A DNA stretch of 64,000 bases from Octopus sinensis (Eukaryota): assembly GCF_006345805.1 (NCBI RefSeq), contig NC_043008.1:43896001-43960000 (forward strand), written 5' to 3'. Position numbers and translations under genes: made by a program. Below the pieces are notes generated by a model. The model saw nothing but the letters and a program-made list of their open reading frames with translations, had not been told where the DNA came from and did no database searches. Shown piece by piece: positions 38,867 through 51,787 of this stretch. Positions within the stretch are counted from its first letter, which is position 1. Every line of letters starts with the position of its first letter.

Positions 38867-39418
38867 TTAGAAATCATCCGACCTCCCTGCTTAGCCACTT
38901 CCATCTGAACATTAAAGAAAACATTAAACATAAAATACTAGATAACCTATGGACATATCTCACTAATTCGATCTTATCTGTATAATACAGTCCACTGAGA
39001 GCTGGTTGATATTTTAACTGGGTTTTAAGGCTTCAAGCATGTAAGTTTATAATTTCATAGAATTATCACGCCTTTTGTGAATCGCTAAACTTTATCAGTA
39101 AATATTTGTTTCTTTTATTTAAAGCGAGAAACTTCCATTAATTGAGATGTTTTCCATAAGTCGTTCGGTACACCACTCTTAAAGATAGAAGCTGAAACCA
39201 GCAAAAGAATATAACATAAGACATCAATGCACCAACCTCAACACATGCATTCATACATGCATACATACATACATGCATACATATATACATACATACATAC
39301 ATACATGTATATATGCATATATGCATATATATGTAGGTACACACACACACACATATGTATGTATGTATATATGTATATAATATTTATATGTATATTCATG
39401 CACGCAAATATAATATAT

Positions 39419-39460
<42 letters not shown>

Positions 39461-39536
39461 GTACCTGTATACATACATAGACACATAAAAATTACGTGCA
39501 TATATACACACATATACACACATTCATACATATACA

Positions 39537-39617
<81 letters not shown>

Positions 39618-39619
39618 AT

Positions 39620-39669
<50 letters not shown>

Positions 39670-39781
39670 TAATATATATATATATACACAGCATAAATAC
39701 ATGCATATATATAAGTGTGGGTGAGTGTATGCATGCACATGTAAACACGTAAATGCACACAAACGCATACATAAATATATA

Positions 39782-39820
<39 letters not shown>

Positions 39821-40350
39821 TGTGTATTGAAATCTTTCAATAAAGTACGGCATCTGTGAAGATGTTGGATGTAAGCTTGTAGTTTAGATTCTTCTAATGA
39901 TATGCTTTATGTAAGTTACATGTGTTTATGAAAGTGAAGGCACTGATATTCGGATTCATTTTCAAGCTAAATTTTTCGATGTGTAAAACTTGATGCCGCA
40001 GCGTCTGCACGCTTCTAAACTCTAAGAGATAATTAAGGATACGATAATGTTTGATGTTTACATCTGTTATTATATACATATATATATATATATATATATA
40101 ATATATATATATTAGGAGTGTAAAAGAATAAAGTTTTAATAAGGTGTCCATTAAAATAACACATATAAACAATATATATATATAGGTGTATGCATGTTTG
40201 TATGTAGTCATGTATGTATATATATGTGTGTTTTTTTACATCAATTTAATATATCTGTACCTGTCTATGAGAATGAACTCGTGATATATATATTTAAAAG
40301 TTTTATGTATGCACATAATATATATATATGTAATATATACATATATATAT

Positions 40351-40416
<66 letters not shown>

Positions 40417-40529
40417 CATACACACATATATATTGTCTATTATCCTATTTAAGTTATTTTGCATTCATACATCATTAGCGAACATACCCATAAAGCACAT
40501 ACCTACATACACAGATCCCGCCCCATGTA

Positions 40530-40588
<59 letters not shown>

Positions 40589-40795
40589 GAGAGAGAGAGA
40601 GAGAGATACAGTGACAGAGACAGATAGAGAGACAGAGAGACAGTGAAATGGAGAGGGTGAGGGAAGGAGAGCGTGTGTGAGTGTGTGTGCGTGTGTGAGT
40701 GTGTGTGCGTGTGTGTATATATTTTAGTGTGTTTGAGAGTGTGTGAAACATCTCTATGTATGTTTTCTAAATCAGAGATATAAGAATGTCAACAG

Positions 40796-40952
40796 CTATT
40801 CTGTTTCTACTCTAGGAACAAGGCCCGAAATTTGTTTGTGAGGTGGCCAGTCGATTAAATCGACCTCAGTACGCAACTAGTACTTGATTTGTCGACCCTG
40901 AAAGGATGAAAGGTAAAGTCGATCTCGGTGGAATTCGAACTTAGAACGTAAA
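40796..40952 (-). mobile_element. SINE family A, 5'-truncated, alternative tail
   Basis: Core matches family A; tail (AAATTTCGGGCCTTGTTCCTAGAGTAGAAA) matches the 61834 copy instead. Confidence 0.8.
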
Positions 40953-41248
40953 TGCCAACAGCTCATATAAAAACATGGCCACCATGCATTGCATGACATC
41001 CCCTTACTTGCTGTCTATCAACATTAGAACGATTTTTGCACATTTGAAACTCCCTTTGTGATCTTCTGTCTTTTTCTCACAGTATTGTCAGTGCTCTCTA
41101 ACTTCGTTTGGTGCACACAAAAGCCGTTTTTTGTCGTTTTCCGTTGTCTAACAAAAGATAATCACGCTCTAATGCAATCACTCTATGACACAACTATTTC
41201 ATATAATGATTTACAGACCACGTTCCACCTACATGTATACACATACGT

Positions 41249-41425
41249 GGAAGCGCAATGGCCCAGTGGTTAGGGCAGTGGACTCGCGGTCGTAGGAACG
41301 CTGTTTCGATTCCCAGACCTGGCGTTGTGCGTGTTTACTGAGCGAAAACACCTAGAACTCCACGAGCAGCGGGTGGTTGCCGATCACGCTGTAATCTTTC
41401 ACCACAACTTTTTCTCACTATGTGC
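41249..41425 (+). mobile_element. SINE family C, head and body only
   Basis: A and B boxes and body match 46274; the tail is absent or diverged. Confidence 0.85.
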
Positions 41426-41569
41426 GTGTGGGTGCTGGGAAGAATCCACACGCACATACACGCTCTTACATACACACACACGAGCTCCTTCGTTTTGGGA
41501 ACACCACTACTTTATTACCTCCCCTCCTTCCTAGATCTCTTGTGTGACATCTTTGTCCTGCATTCGCCA

Positions 41570-41750
41570 TAATAGATCGCTAGCCTCTAAACCATTTTAA
41601 AATTTTCTTTCCTTATTTATTTCTGTGTTCCTTTCTGTGGGAGAGGGTAGGCTCGAAACGTAAAGGACTTCCTCACTTCCCGAGCGTTAAACAAATACAT
41701 ATGTTTGTTATTAACACGCCCGTCTTCGTCTTTTGTTGTTTTCTAAATTC

Positions 41751-41757
<7 letters not shown>
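41570..41757 (+). mobile_element. TA-terminated Penelope-like repeat (family P4) with a decayed hammerhead-like motif
   Basis: CTTT-CTGTGGG-A-GAGG-GTAG-GCTC-GAAAC-GTA-AAGG at 41631-41666; layout parallels family P1. Confidence 0.5.
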
Positions 41758-41787
<30 letters not shown>

Positions 41788-42638
41788 TTAATTGTCATTC
41801 TGTCAACACCTCAAATGTAAATTTCTTCCCCTAAGCAATCCAGTTTCAAGCATTGTTTTGCACCACAAAGCCCCCAGGAATAGCTGTTGGACTTGTAAAA
41901 TCCATACCCAAACCCCTTAATTTTTTTATATCAATTCCACTCTGCATTGGACTTCTTTTATGTATATATATATGTACTATTTAGCATTTTTTAAATCCCG
42001 ACTTGACTCACTTGCTTGTCCTTATATCTATTGCTTTACCTGTTCGAGTTCTAATCTCTTGGCACTACGAAGTGTATTCTATACAGAGAATATTTATCTT
42101 TAATCTCTCTCTCTATATGCATACAAACAATATATATATATATTATATTATATATATTATATATATATACATGCATATGTATTTTGAATATCAGTCGCAT
42201 TTTCTGCTTTCTATTTTCATTTAAAAATCAACGGTGCTTTAGTGTATATTCATTACAGAGAATATTCAACACTAGCTATAATATATCTAAATTTCTAAAA
42301 TGTGTCTTTATTTTTATTCGGAAATAGTTTTTCGAGATAAAAATTTACATGAAAAAAATGACACGTAAACCTTTTTAATGGCAAGGTATGTTTTCACTTC
42401 TTAATTCAACGCTAATGGACTGATTTTTCTCTCGACACCCCCGCCTCAACCCTTCAAACTCTCATACTGAAAAGCATTACTATAAACCTGCATGATAATC
42501 TTTATATAGATCTGTCGCATTTTCCACAATTATGTTTCCCTTTCCCTATCAGCAAACATTTACATTTACATTAAGTATCACTCGTTGTCTGGATCGATAG
42601 CTGGAGTAAAATCAGAGGAGTCAGCGTAGAACCTCACG

Positions 42639-42693
<55 letters not shown>

Positions 42694-42852
42694 TAATATA
42701 TATATGTATATATATATATATGTGTGTGTGTGTGTATATATGTATATAACACCACACACATACACACACACACATATATATATGTGTGTTTGTGTGTGTG
42801 TGTGTATATATGTATATATATACACACACCACACATACATATATATATATTA

Positions 42853-42883
<31 letters not shown>

Positions 42884-43512
42884 GTACATATATTCATATA
42901 TACATATATACATATACATATATACATATGTTATATATATATTATGTATATACATATATCCATATATAATATATATATATCTTATATATATATATATATA
43001 TATATACAGACACCGACACAGAGACGCACACACGCACCACACATACACACACACACGCGCGCGCGCGCGCACACACACATGTGTATATACACTGTCAATG
43101 CGTGTGCTGATAAAGCCGCCGTGAGAATAATATGTATTGAATCGCTGTGAGACGTAATCGAGAACACTAGTTTGGCAACGCTATTCAACCCGCCAAACCA
43201 AATGGTGGAATCAAAATAATGAGTTCTTTCCATAGATAAAGTATTAATATAGTGCTACGTAGACAAACATACACGTATACACGCATGCGCACACGTATAC
43301 ACTTGTATTTGCCTATATTTATTATTGTAAGGGGAAAAAATGCCTTGATAAATATACACAACAGTTGAATAAATCGATAACTAGGTACATTATTAATTGG
43401 TACACAAACACACATACATACATAGACATATACATACATGCTTATATACCCATATATATACATGTGTAAATAAATGCATATATATACACATAAACACGCA
43501 CATTCACACACG

Positions 43513-43570
<58 letters not shown>

Positions 43571-43730
43571 CGTACATACGTACATGTATAGGTGTGTGTG
43601 CGTGTGTGTGTGTGTGAATATTTTACCTGGCTATCGATTTCTGCAAATGTAAAAGCGAAGTCAAAAGTACGTTTTTGTGGATATATATATATATATATTT
43701 ATGTGTGTGTGTGTGTATATATATATGTAA

Positions 43731-43791
<61 letters not shown>

Positions 43792-43801
43792 ATATATTAT
43801 A

Positions 43802-43839
<38 letters not shown>

Positions 43840-43918
43840 GTATCTCTGAATATACATGTTTGTAACTATATATGTTTGTGAAATATATATCTAGATGCGA
43901 TGTCTATGGTTGCGTGCG

Positions 43919-43980
<62 letters not shown>

Positions 43981-44739
43981 ATTGCCGGTATTGTATGCTT
44001 CCTTACGCAGCGACACCAAAATATTTCATCAAGGCCGGAAATCTTCGGAAGATAAATACTTGAGAAATGGAAGATTCCACTTAGAGGATATAAATATATT
44101 TAGGCGCCATCTTAGCGTGGGTGTATGGGGCTTTCGACCGAGTTGGAGTGATTTTCCTTCAACTTAGTAATTTTGTATAAATGACGTATGTATGAATGGA
44201 TGTGTAGGTGTTGCATTTGTCTAGGCCTGTATTGGTTACGCTTTTGTATGTGTGTGGGAATTGCCTTTGCATGGTTTGCATTCGCGGGGGCGAGTATTCA
44301 TTGCATTTGCGGAGTTATGTTTGTTTGGGCCGATATCCTTTGCATTTTTGTGGGTTCGTACGTGTTGTGAATCAACTAACTGCATTGTATATAGTAGTCA
44401 CGAACTAGTATATTACATAGCAATATAATACATTGGAAAATATAGTCCTAGATTTACAGGGCCACGACTGACCTACGATGAAACGTGCTTCGATTGTAAC
44501 TACCATGTGATTTATTCAGGGATAGTGTATCTTGGACTATGTCATCTAATGTGTCCTTCCTTGCTGATGTTGCTTAACCATAGGACAAAAAACACACACA
44601 TATATACATACATACATGACTACATACAAACATGCATACACCTATATATATATTATATATATTATATATATAATATATATATATATTTATATATGAATAA
44701 ATAAAGGGAGTTTAACGCAGGTGTAAATCAAATATTTTT

Positions 44740-44827
44740 ACTTTCGACACATTACTTTCGAAAATTCCACTGATATTATTCAAAAGAATAAATGGTATAA
44801 ACAATGCAATCTTCTCTTCAGGAAAGT
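44740..44827 (-). ncRNA. Mutated twin hammerhead, probably inactive
   Basis: Same motif on the minus strand, but stem III reads GAAA-GUAAUGU-GUC (G.G mismatch) and one stem II C-G pair is broken. Confidence 0.55.
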
Positions 44828-44924
44828 GAAAAAAACGAAACTCGCCAATAAGACATTTTAGCAAAAAATGATGGATTTGTATAGCGATTGACAGAACGCT
44901 ATTAATATTAATTCCGTTTTTTTC

Positions 44925-45010
44925 ACTTTCCTGAAGAGAAGATTGCATTGTTTATACCATTTATTCTTTTGAATAGTATCAGTGGAATTTTCGAAACATG
45001 TGTCGAAAGT
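44925..45010 (+). ncRNA. Type I hammerhead ribozyme with a canonical core
   Basis: Stem I ACUUUC (44925-30) / GAAAGU (45005-10); CUGAAGA at 44931-37; stem II closed by G44938-C44992; GAAA at 44993-96; stem III AC/GU with an AUGU loop; GUC cleavage triplet at 45002-04. Confidence 0.8.
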
Positions 45011-46273
45011 AAAAATATTTGATTTACACCTGCGTTAAACTCCATTCATTTATTCATATATTATTCAAAATATTCCACGTAAACACGAAGTTTCTACCTT
45101 TATAAACAAGGAGTTACAACATCTTTACTTGTGAGAATTTTGCTACCCTGGTAACTATTTATTTATTTTTTCCGTTAATTGTTACCAAGGTAAAATACAC
45201 TCATCTATTTATATATTTATATATATATAACGGTGCTAGGAGAGAAGCGATGTTTTAACCCAAATGACGCTTTTATGGGAGCCCCCTTTTGGGTCTGCTG
45301 TGTATACCTGTGTAGGCTTAGTGTCCCGAACAGGTCAGCAAGTCGAAGGGCTATACCGGGTGATACACAACCTAACTATACCATTACCATAAAAGAAAGA
45401 CAATGATATTTGCTGGAATTCCTTTGAAGATAGTTGTGACAATTAACAACAATTAAAATAGAAAGGGAATAATATAGGTAGAAATGGAACAGTGTCTTAA
45501 GTATCTTGCTTCCTAACAAGCTTCCTAACATGCGCACCCAAAGTGGGCAAACGTAAAAGCGTAAAGTGGGTTCAACCAGCCCTTCCCCCTTAGCACTGCT
45601 GCTAGTAAAGGCACTGTCAATCTAGAACTATATTTTCCAGGGTCTTCTATTGCTATGTAAGATACTAGTTTTTAACTTGAGGGCGTTGTGGCTACTATTC
45701 CCTGTAGGACAAATTGGTCAACATGTACCTCATCTTGTAAATATAAATTATGAATAATTCCATACTAGAAACGCATACCATACTCTCTTATGAAATCAAT
45801 TTTCTCACATGTCATGTTGATGTCACGTGGTAAGATCATGCATTACTAAAAAAAACATATAATAAAATAAGCAAAAATACAAAATACATCCTACATCAAA
45901 CACCAATGACGTGATGAATCGTAAAGACGCTGCAACATTGCAGTTAAAATATGTTGAGAATTTGGCAAAGATTTTGAGTATTAAATATAGCTGGAATATA
46001 TATATACGATCGATTATTGTGCGCGAACATATGCTGTCGTTAGGTTCCCAGCCAGTTCTGATCCAGCAGAGCTGTGATCAAAGTTGCCCCAGCTTGACCT
46101 TTCCGTCTGGTGAAAACATTATATCTAGGACTATATTATCCAATGTTTCAACTTCAAACGACCTCCAGGGAGTGATTTGAAGAACATTTGCTTGGTTTAT
46201 CCAGAGATCTTTCCTTGGTTGTAGATTTTTATACGCAATATCATGGTTGTTCATATACATATGAAGTATAGAT

Positions 46274-46665
46274 GGAGGCGCAATGGCCCAGTGGTTAGGG
46301 CAGCGGACTCGCGGTCATAGGATCGCGGTTTCGATTCCCAGACCGGGCGTTGTGAGTGTTTATTGAGCGAAAACACCTAAAAAAGCGCTACGAGGCTCCG
46401 CCAGGGGATGGTGGTGATCCCTGCTGTACTCTTTCACCACAACTTTCTCTCACTCTTACTTCCTGTTTCTGTTGTACCTGTATTTCAAGGGGCCGGCCTT
46501 GTCACTCTCTGTGTCACGCTGAATATCCCCGAGAACTACGTTAAGGGTACACGTGTCTGTGGAGTGCTCAGCCACTTACACGTTAATTTCACGAGCAGGC
46601 TGTTCCGTTGATTCGGATCAACCGGAACCCTCATCGTCGTAACCGACGGAGTGCTTCCATTCCAT
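46274..46665 (+). mobile_element. SINE family C, full length, tail type Y
   Basis: A-box TGGCCCAGTGG, B-box GGTTTCGATTCC, anticodon-like TCG (Arg-like); collinear with 31412. Confidence 0.93.
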
Positions 46666-46775
46666 TAAGTATGGCCAATAGGTTGGCTATATATATATAA
46701 TACAAACAATACTTATCTCTCACCAGATGAAGTACTTTTTTGTTGAATTTTCTATCGTGGAACAGTACATTACAG

Positions 46776-46806
<31 letters not shown>

Positions 46807-46876
46807 TAATCGAAACTGTGTCGATGCTTTACTCATCATCCATTTAAATATTTTGTACAATTCTCGATTTTATATA

Positions 46877-46928
<52 letters not shown>

Positions 46929-47077
46929 ATTCTCTTACCGAGGTAGAAACAGTAGCTGCTCGACGCCATGAAGTATATTTGACACCTCATTGTGAGAGGA
47001 ATAATTACTGCCCTTATGCGACTTGAAAACCTTTCAATCACAAAATTGTTAGGCAGAGTAGTCATTTTCAGAAGCCT

Positions 47078-47116
<39 letters not shown>

Positions 47117-47181
47117 CATTAATCAGTCGGTATATGTACGTATGTATGTATGTATGTATCTGTGTGGCTAATAAAGAAACA

Positions 47182-47254
<73 letters not shown>

Positions 47255-48250
47255 CTCTATCTCTCTATCTATCTATCTATGTATCTATCTATCTATCTAT
47301 CTCTATCTGTCTGTCTGGCTGTCTGTCTCTGTCTATCTCTTCTCCGTCTCTGTCTGTCTGCCTGACTGCCTGCCTGGCTATCTGTCTGTGTATCCGCTCG
47401 GTCGACTTGTCGGGACCAATGAAATCTTTCCACCCTAGATGTCCCTATACTTCATAGCAGTTTGCACATCCCCAACGAAAATATCTAATATCTTCCACAA
47501 GTTGATCGATATATGCTGTTCCTTGCTGTTCCTTGCTCTTCTGATGCTTGTATGACTGTGCGTGGGTTTGCAGAGAAGGAGATCTCTAAATATTTCATTT
47601 TTCTTTTTCCAACAATGTTCTGCATAACGGTTTCTTCTTTCCCTGTTTACCGACTTAATCTTAAGGTAGACGCTAAGCAACGACAAACTTAACAAACGAT
47701 TACTGCCGAACGTACATTATTCCCGATATTCATATATTTAATATTCACTTCAATCTTTGCTAAAAGAGGTCAAAAAATATCTTCCTGTCACATGATATAT
47801 CTACGACATACTTTCTCAAATTTTCGTTCGTGTCCAAGACATTTTCAATATCGTTTAAGTGAGAATTCGATATTGTAGGCGGAACAATCTCAATTTAGTT
47901 AGCAGCAACAAATTGTGAACGCCTGCAGAGAGTATATAAATATTGTCAGAATTATTCTCGCTTAGTATGTTGAAGAGCCGAGTTTTGCATTGTTCAGTTT
48001 CTTTCAAATGGTTACTTTAGACTATTATAGTTTGTCAGCGTACTTTTTCAAAACAACCTCACCATGATTGGGGCATATATTAAGCAGCTTGAATGTAATA
48101 TCGTTTCTAAAAGCGTTCTAGCGTGCAATTATGCTTTCATTTTGGTGAGACAGTTAAGGACACTCTTATCCATACTTATCCACACACACACACACACACA
48201 CACTCGTGCGCGCGCATGCATCCACACACATGCGCTCACACACACACAAA

Positions 48251-49030
48251 TACGAGGTACCCAAAAGTACAAGCTCGTTGTAGTTCAGGTTTCCGCTGCT
48301 CGGATCTACTTGGTGCGACCCTCCGGTATCGGTCTGCCGACCGGTATCTTCGGGTTCAGTTCTACTTCCATGTCGTACATCTTTTGTTTTGTAGTGTTTC
48401 TCTTCTGTTCTTCGAAATTTGCGATGTGAAACGAAGGGACAACATACGTCTGTGAAATTCTGTTTTCTGCTGAGGTAAATGGCAGCCGAAACAGTTATCA
48501 TGTTTCAAACAGCTTACAAGGACGCTACCATGATCAGGAACACAAGTTTACGAGTGGTTTTTGCAATGGTCACTTGTTACTTGAAGACCAAACTCGTTCA
48601 GGGTGACCGTCGACCCCAAGAACGAATGAAAACATGAACATTCATGAACTAATCAGTGAGAACGGTCACTGAAATAATTGATAACCTTGTTGGTGCGATT
48701 GTTGTGTCTTGGAGGTCCTGCTAACAAATTTTGAGAGGGGAATGGCGAATGAAAAGAATGCGACAAAATGTGTGCCTCGCTTGTTTATGGGAGATCAAAA
48801 GCAGTGAGGACTGAATGCGTGCCGTGAACTGAAAGAACAGGGAGAAGTTGATCCGTCCCTTGTTTCGAAGGGCGTTACCGGAGACGAAAGCTGGTGCTAC
48901 AGAGTTTGCAGATGTATGAGGGGTGAAGAATAAAACGACAGGCATTCTTTTGCAAGAGTTCGAGTACTGCTTAGAATAGTAGAAAATGTGTCTGGACACA
49001 TGCACTGCTTCAAATGGGGAATACTTTGAA
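48251..49030 (+). mobile_element. Internally deleted mariner element with a transposase pseudogene
   Basis: TACGAGG..CCCAAAAGT start; SVKFCFLLR*MAAETVIMFQTAY, SG*PSTPRTNEN, KCVPRL, GVTGDESWCY (48871-48900), then jumps to the C-terminal CTASNGEYFE. Confidence 0.88.
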
Positions 49031-49266
49031 CACATACACACGTGCGCATACACACACGCGCGCACACACACACACGCGCGCGCGCGCGCAAAATATGAAT
49101 CCCAATGCGTTGAGCTCTTACGTGTTAGAATATAACGTCAGAGAGGTTTTTCATCGCATGAAACTAATAATAGCTCATAAACAATATATATTTTGTGTTT
49201 ATTAAATAATATTTATCTCTCACCAGATGGAGTCAATTTTAAAAAATCTTACTATTACGGAACTCT

Positions 49267-49301
<35 letters not shown>

Positions 49302-49309
49302 TCTTTTTT

Positions 49310-49705
49310 TTATTTCTCTTTTACTTGTTTCAGGCATTTGACTGCGGCCATGCTGGAGCACCGCCTTTAGTCGAGCAAATCGACCCCGGGACTTATTCTT
49401 TGTAAGCCCAGTACTTATTCTATAGGTCTCTTTTGCCGAACGGATAGATGACGCGGACATAAACATACCAGCATCGGTTGTCAAGCAATGCTAGGGGGAC
49501 AAACACACACACATATACACATATATATATATATACATATATACGACAGGCTTCTTTCAGATTCCGTCTACCAAATCCACTCACAAGGCATTGGTCGGCC
49601 CGGGGCTATAGCAGAAGACACTTGCCCAAGATGCCACGCAGTGGGACTGAACCCGGAACAATGTGGTTGTTTAGCCACGCTACTTTACCACAAGCCACTC
49701 CTGCG

Positions 49706-49708
<3 letters not shown>
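49310..49708 (-). mobile_element. SINE family B, full length
   Basis: Collinear with other copies. Confidence 0.93.
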
Positions 49709-49738
<30 letters not shown>

Positions 49739-49741
49739 TAT

Positions 49742-49823
<82 letters not shown>

Positions 49824-50599
49824 ATATTTGTGTGTGCGTGCTTCTGTTTGTGAGTGTGTGACAGAACGGTAGTATGGTAGTATCGCTATACACAGAAACG
49901 TTAATTTCACACACATTGAACGTTTAATTTGTAAAAGTTCTCTTAAAGTCCACTTCGGTATTTATATATCACGAAAAAATAATTTCAATATAATTCACCG
50001 TGCCAACAATCGTTTCATATCTTACTTTCCAAATATTTATGAAACAAATATCGACTTTGTTTTTACAGAAAATCAAGACTTGCTTCCTAAAATAATATTC
50101 TATTAAGAGAAATATATATTTTAATAGTATTGGAAATCCATGTGTAAACAGTTGCCTCCCAGTCACCCCTCACCAAATTCTATTGATGGTGGACATCTGC
50201 CAATTAGTAATATTCCGTTATTCTTTGAGAATATCATTTTGAACACGTATCATATTCGATATATCAATAATCTTCAATTGCGAATTGTTGCTGTAAGTTT
50301 TTGCTGGTTTGGTGGAATATTGCTAGTATTATTACAAGCTCGGATAAGCTATACGTTCAAATTCTGATGAGTTCATAATCAGCTTTCGCCCTTGTGGAAT
50401 TGATAAATAGATTACAACGGGGTGGTGGATTACTGGTATTTGTTTAGGGAATTGTAGGGGCACTTAATTGAGTCTATTTCGGTTCTATGCGATTTAGTCT
50501 CAACCCAGCCTGATATGATCGGCTTCTGGTGGTGGGAATTCGTGGCATTCGATATGGTGGAACTGGTTTCCAGTGCCAGGGAAGCGATGTGTCAATTCC

Positions 50600-51092
50600 A
50601 GTATGTGTTCTGTCAGAGAAACATGCATGAATGCTAGCCCAGCCCTATACACCGAGAAAAATCTAAGCTATTCCAATATACATCTTTTGAAATATATTTC
50701 ATTTAAACTTTGAAGTCGCAGGTAGTAGTGGTACATAAACCGTGCTCTTCATATACTAACAAAGAAAGAAGTCACAAAAAGTTATATCCAGTGACCTTGC
50801 AGGCCACTTGCAGAACACTTGAGTCTGAAAGCACGTTGCATGGCCACAGCGCTATTTGATCTTGCAAATTCCAGTGCACATCAGCAGCGTTGCTGTGGAG
50901 TGGCAGCCATTTTTAGATTTCATTGAATCCCTGTGGCTTTCAGGTCAAAGATGTCTAATCACCTGAAAAAAATGAAAAAAAACCCAAAACAAATACATAG
51001 AATCAGTTCACAAAATGTTTATCAATATCCTTGAATTAGTTTAAATATCATAACATCGTGAAAGCAGGGAGTGTTTTTGTGGACACCTGTTA
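50600..51092 (-). mobile_element. Internally deleted DUF4817-type Tc1/mariner element
   Basis: TIR-like TAACAGGTGTCCACAAAA; MAATPQQRC*CALEFARSNSAVAMQRAFRLK fused directly to WPARSLDITFCDFFLC*YMKSTVYVP. Confidence 0.82.
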
Positions 51093-51704
51093 TATATATA
51101 TATATTATATATATATATATATTATATATATATAATATATATATGAAGGTTTGGAGATAGATGATGTACAGATATTTTATATTAGAAGAAATGAGGTACT
51201 CAGAAATTCAGATGGTTTATTATTTACATATATTTATTTGTACATTACATGTGTTTATACATCATATAACTTAGATCATATAATAGCGCTTTCTCCCATT
51301 CTAATGGGGTTTTCAAATCGAACTAAGTTCCTGTGAAAAACGTTTTGACTATTTTATGGTGTTATTGAGTGTGTAGTCGTTGGGGAGTGATATAAGATAG
51401 TACGGAAAGGTGATGAATGGGGAGAGAGTTAGTGAGAGAGAGAGCATGTGTGTTTGTGTGTTTTTGTATTTGTAAGGTGTGTTAACGAAAAAGAGGGGAA
51501 AGGAGAAGAGGGAGAGAGGGAGGAAGAAAAAATTGTTCTGCCGGTTAGTTGGTCAGGATGTTTTACCCCAAGTGGGGTCTAAGATCTTGGGGAAAAGAAT
51601 TTAAGTTTTACCATTTTATAGTGTTCCTCTGTGTATGTGTGTGTGTATGTGTGATTGTGCTTGCCTGTCCGTATTACCTATGTACCTATCTATCTATTTA
51701 TATA

Positions 51705-51787
<83 letters not shown>

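Larger units (their letters stand above)
44689..45061. mobile_element. Near-perfect inverted repeat (about 150-bp arms, 77-bp spacer), probably inverted Penelope-like pLTRs
   Basis: 44689-44837 is the reverse complement of 44915-45061 with only a few differences; each arm carries a hammerhead motif. Confidence 0.85.

Noticed and set aside
39540-39690. Irregular interruptions (TT, AA) within (TA)n runs as a coded pattern
   Set aside because: They look like single-base indels typical of slippage or long-read consensus error
46274-46345. tRNA-Arg gene
   Set aside because: It has A and B boxes and a TCG triplet but no proper acceptor stem, and continues into a SINE body found in multiple copies
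47430-47695. 86-aa minus-strand ORF resembling a Tc1 linker (NRERRNRYAEH)
   Set aside because: No DDE motif is visible; similarity is too weak to call
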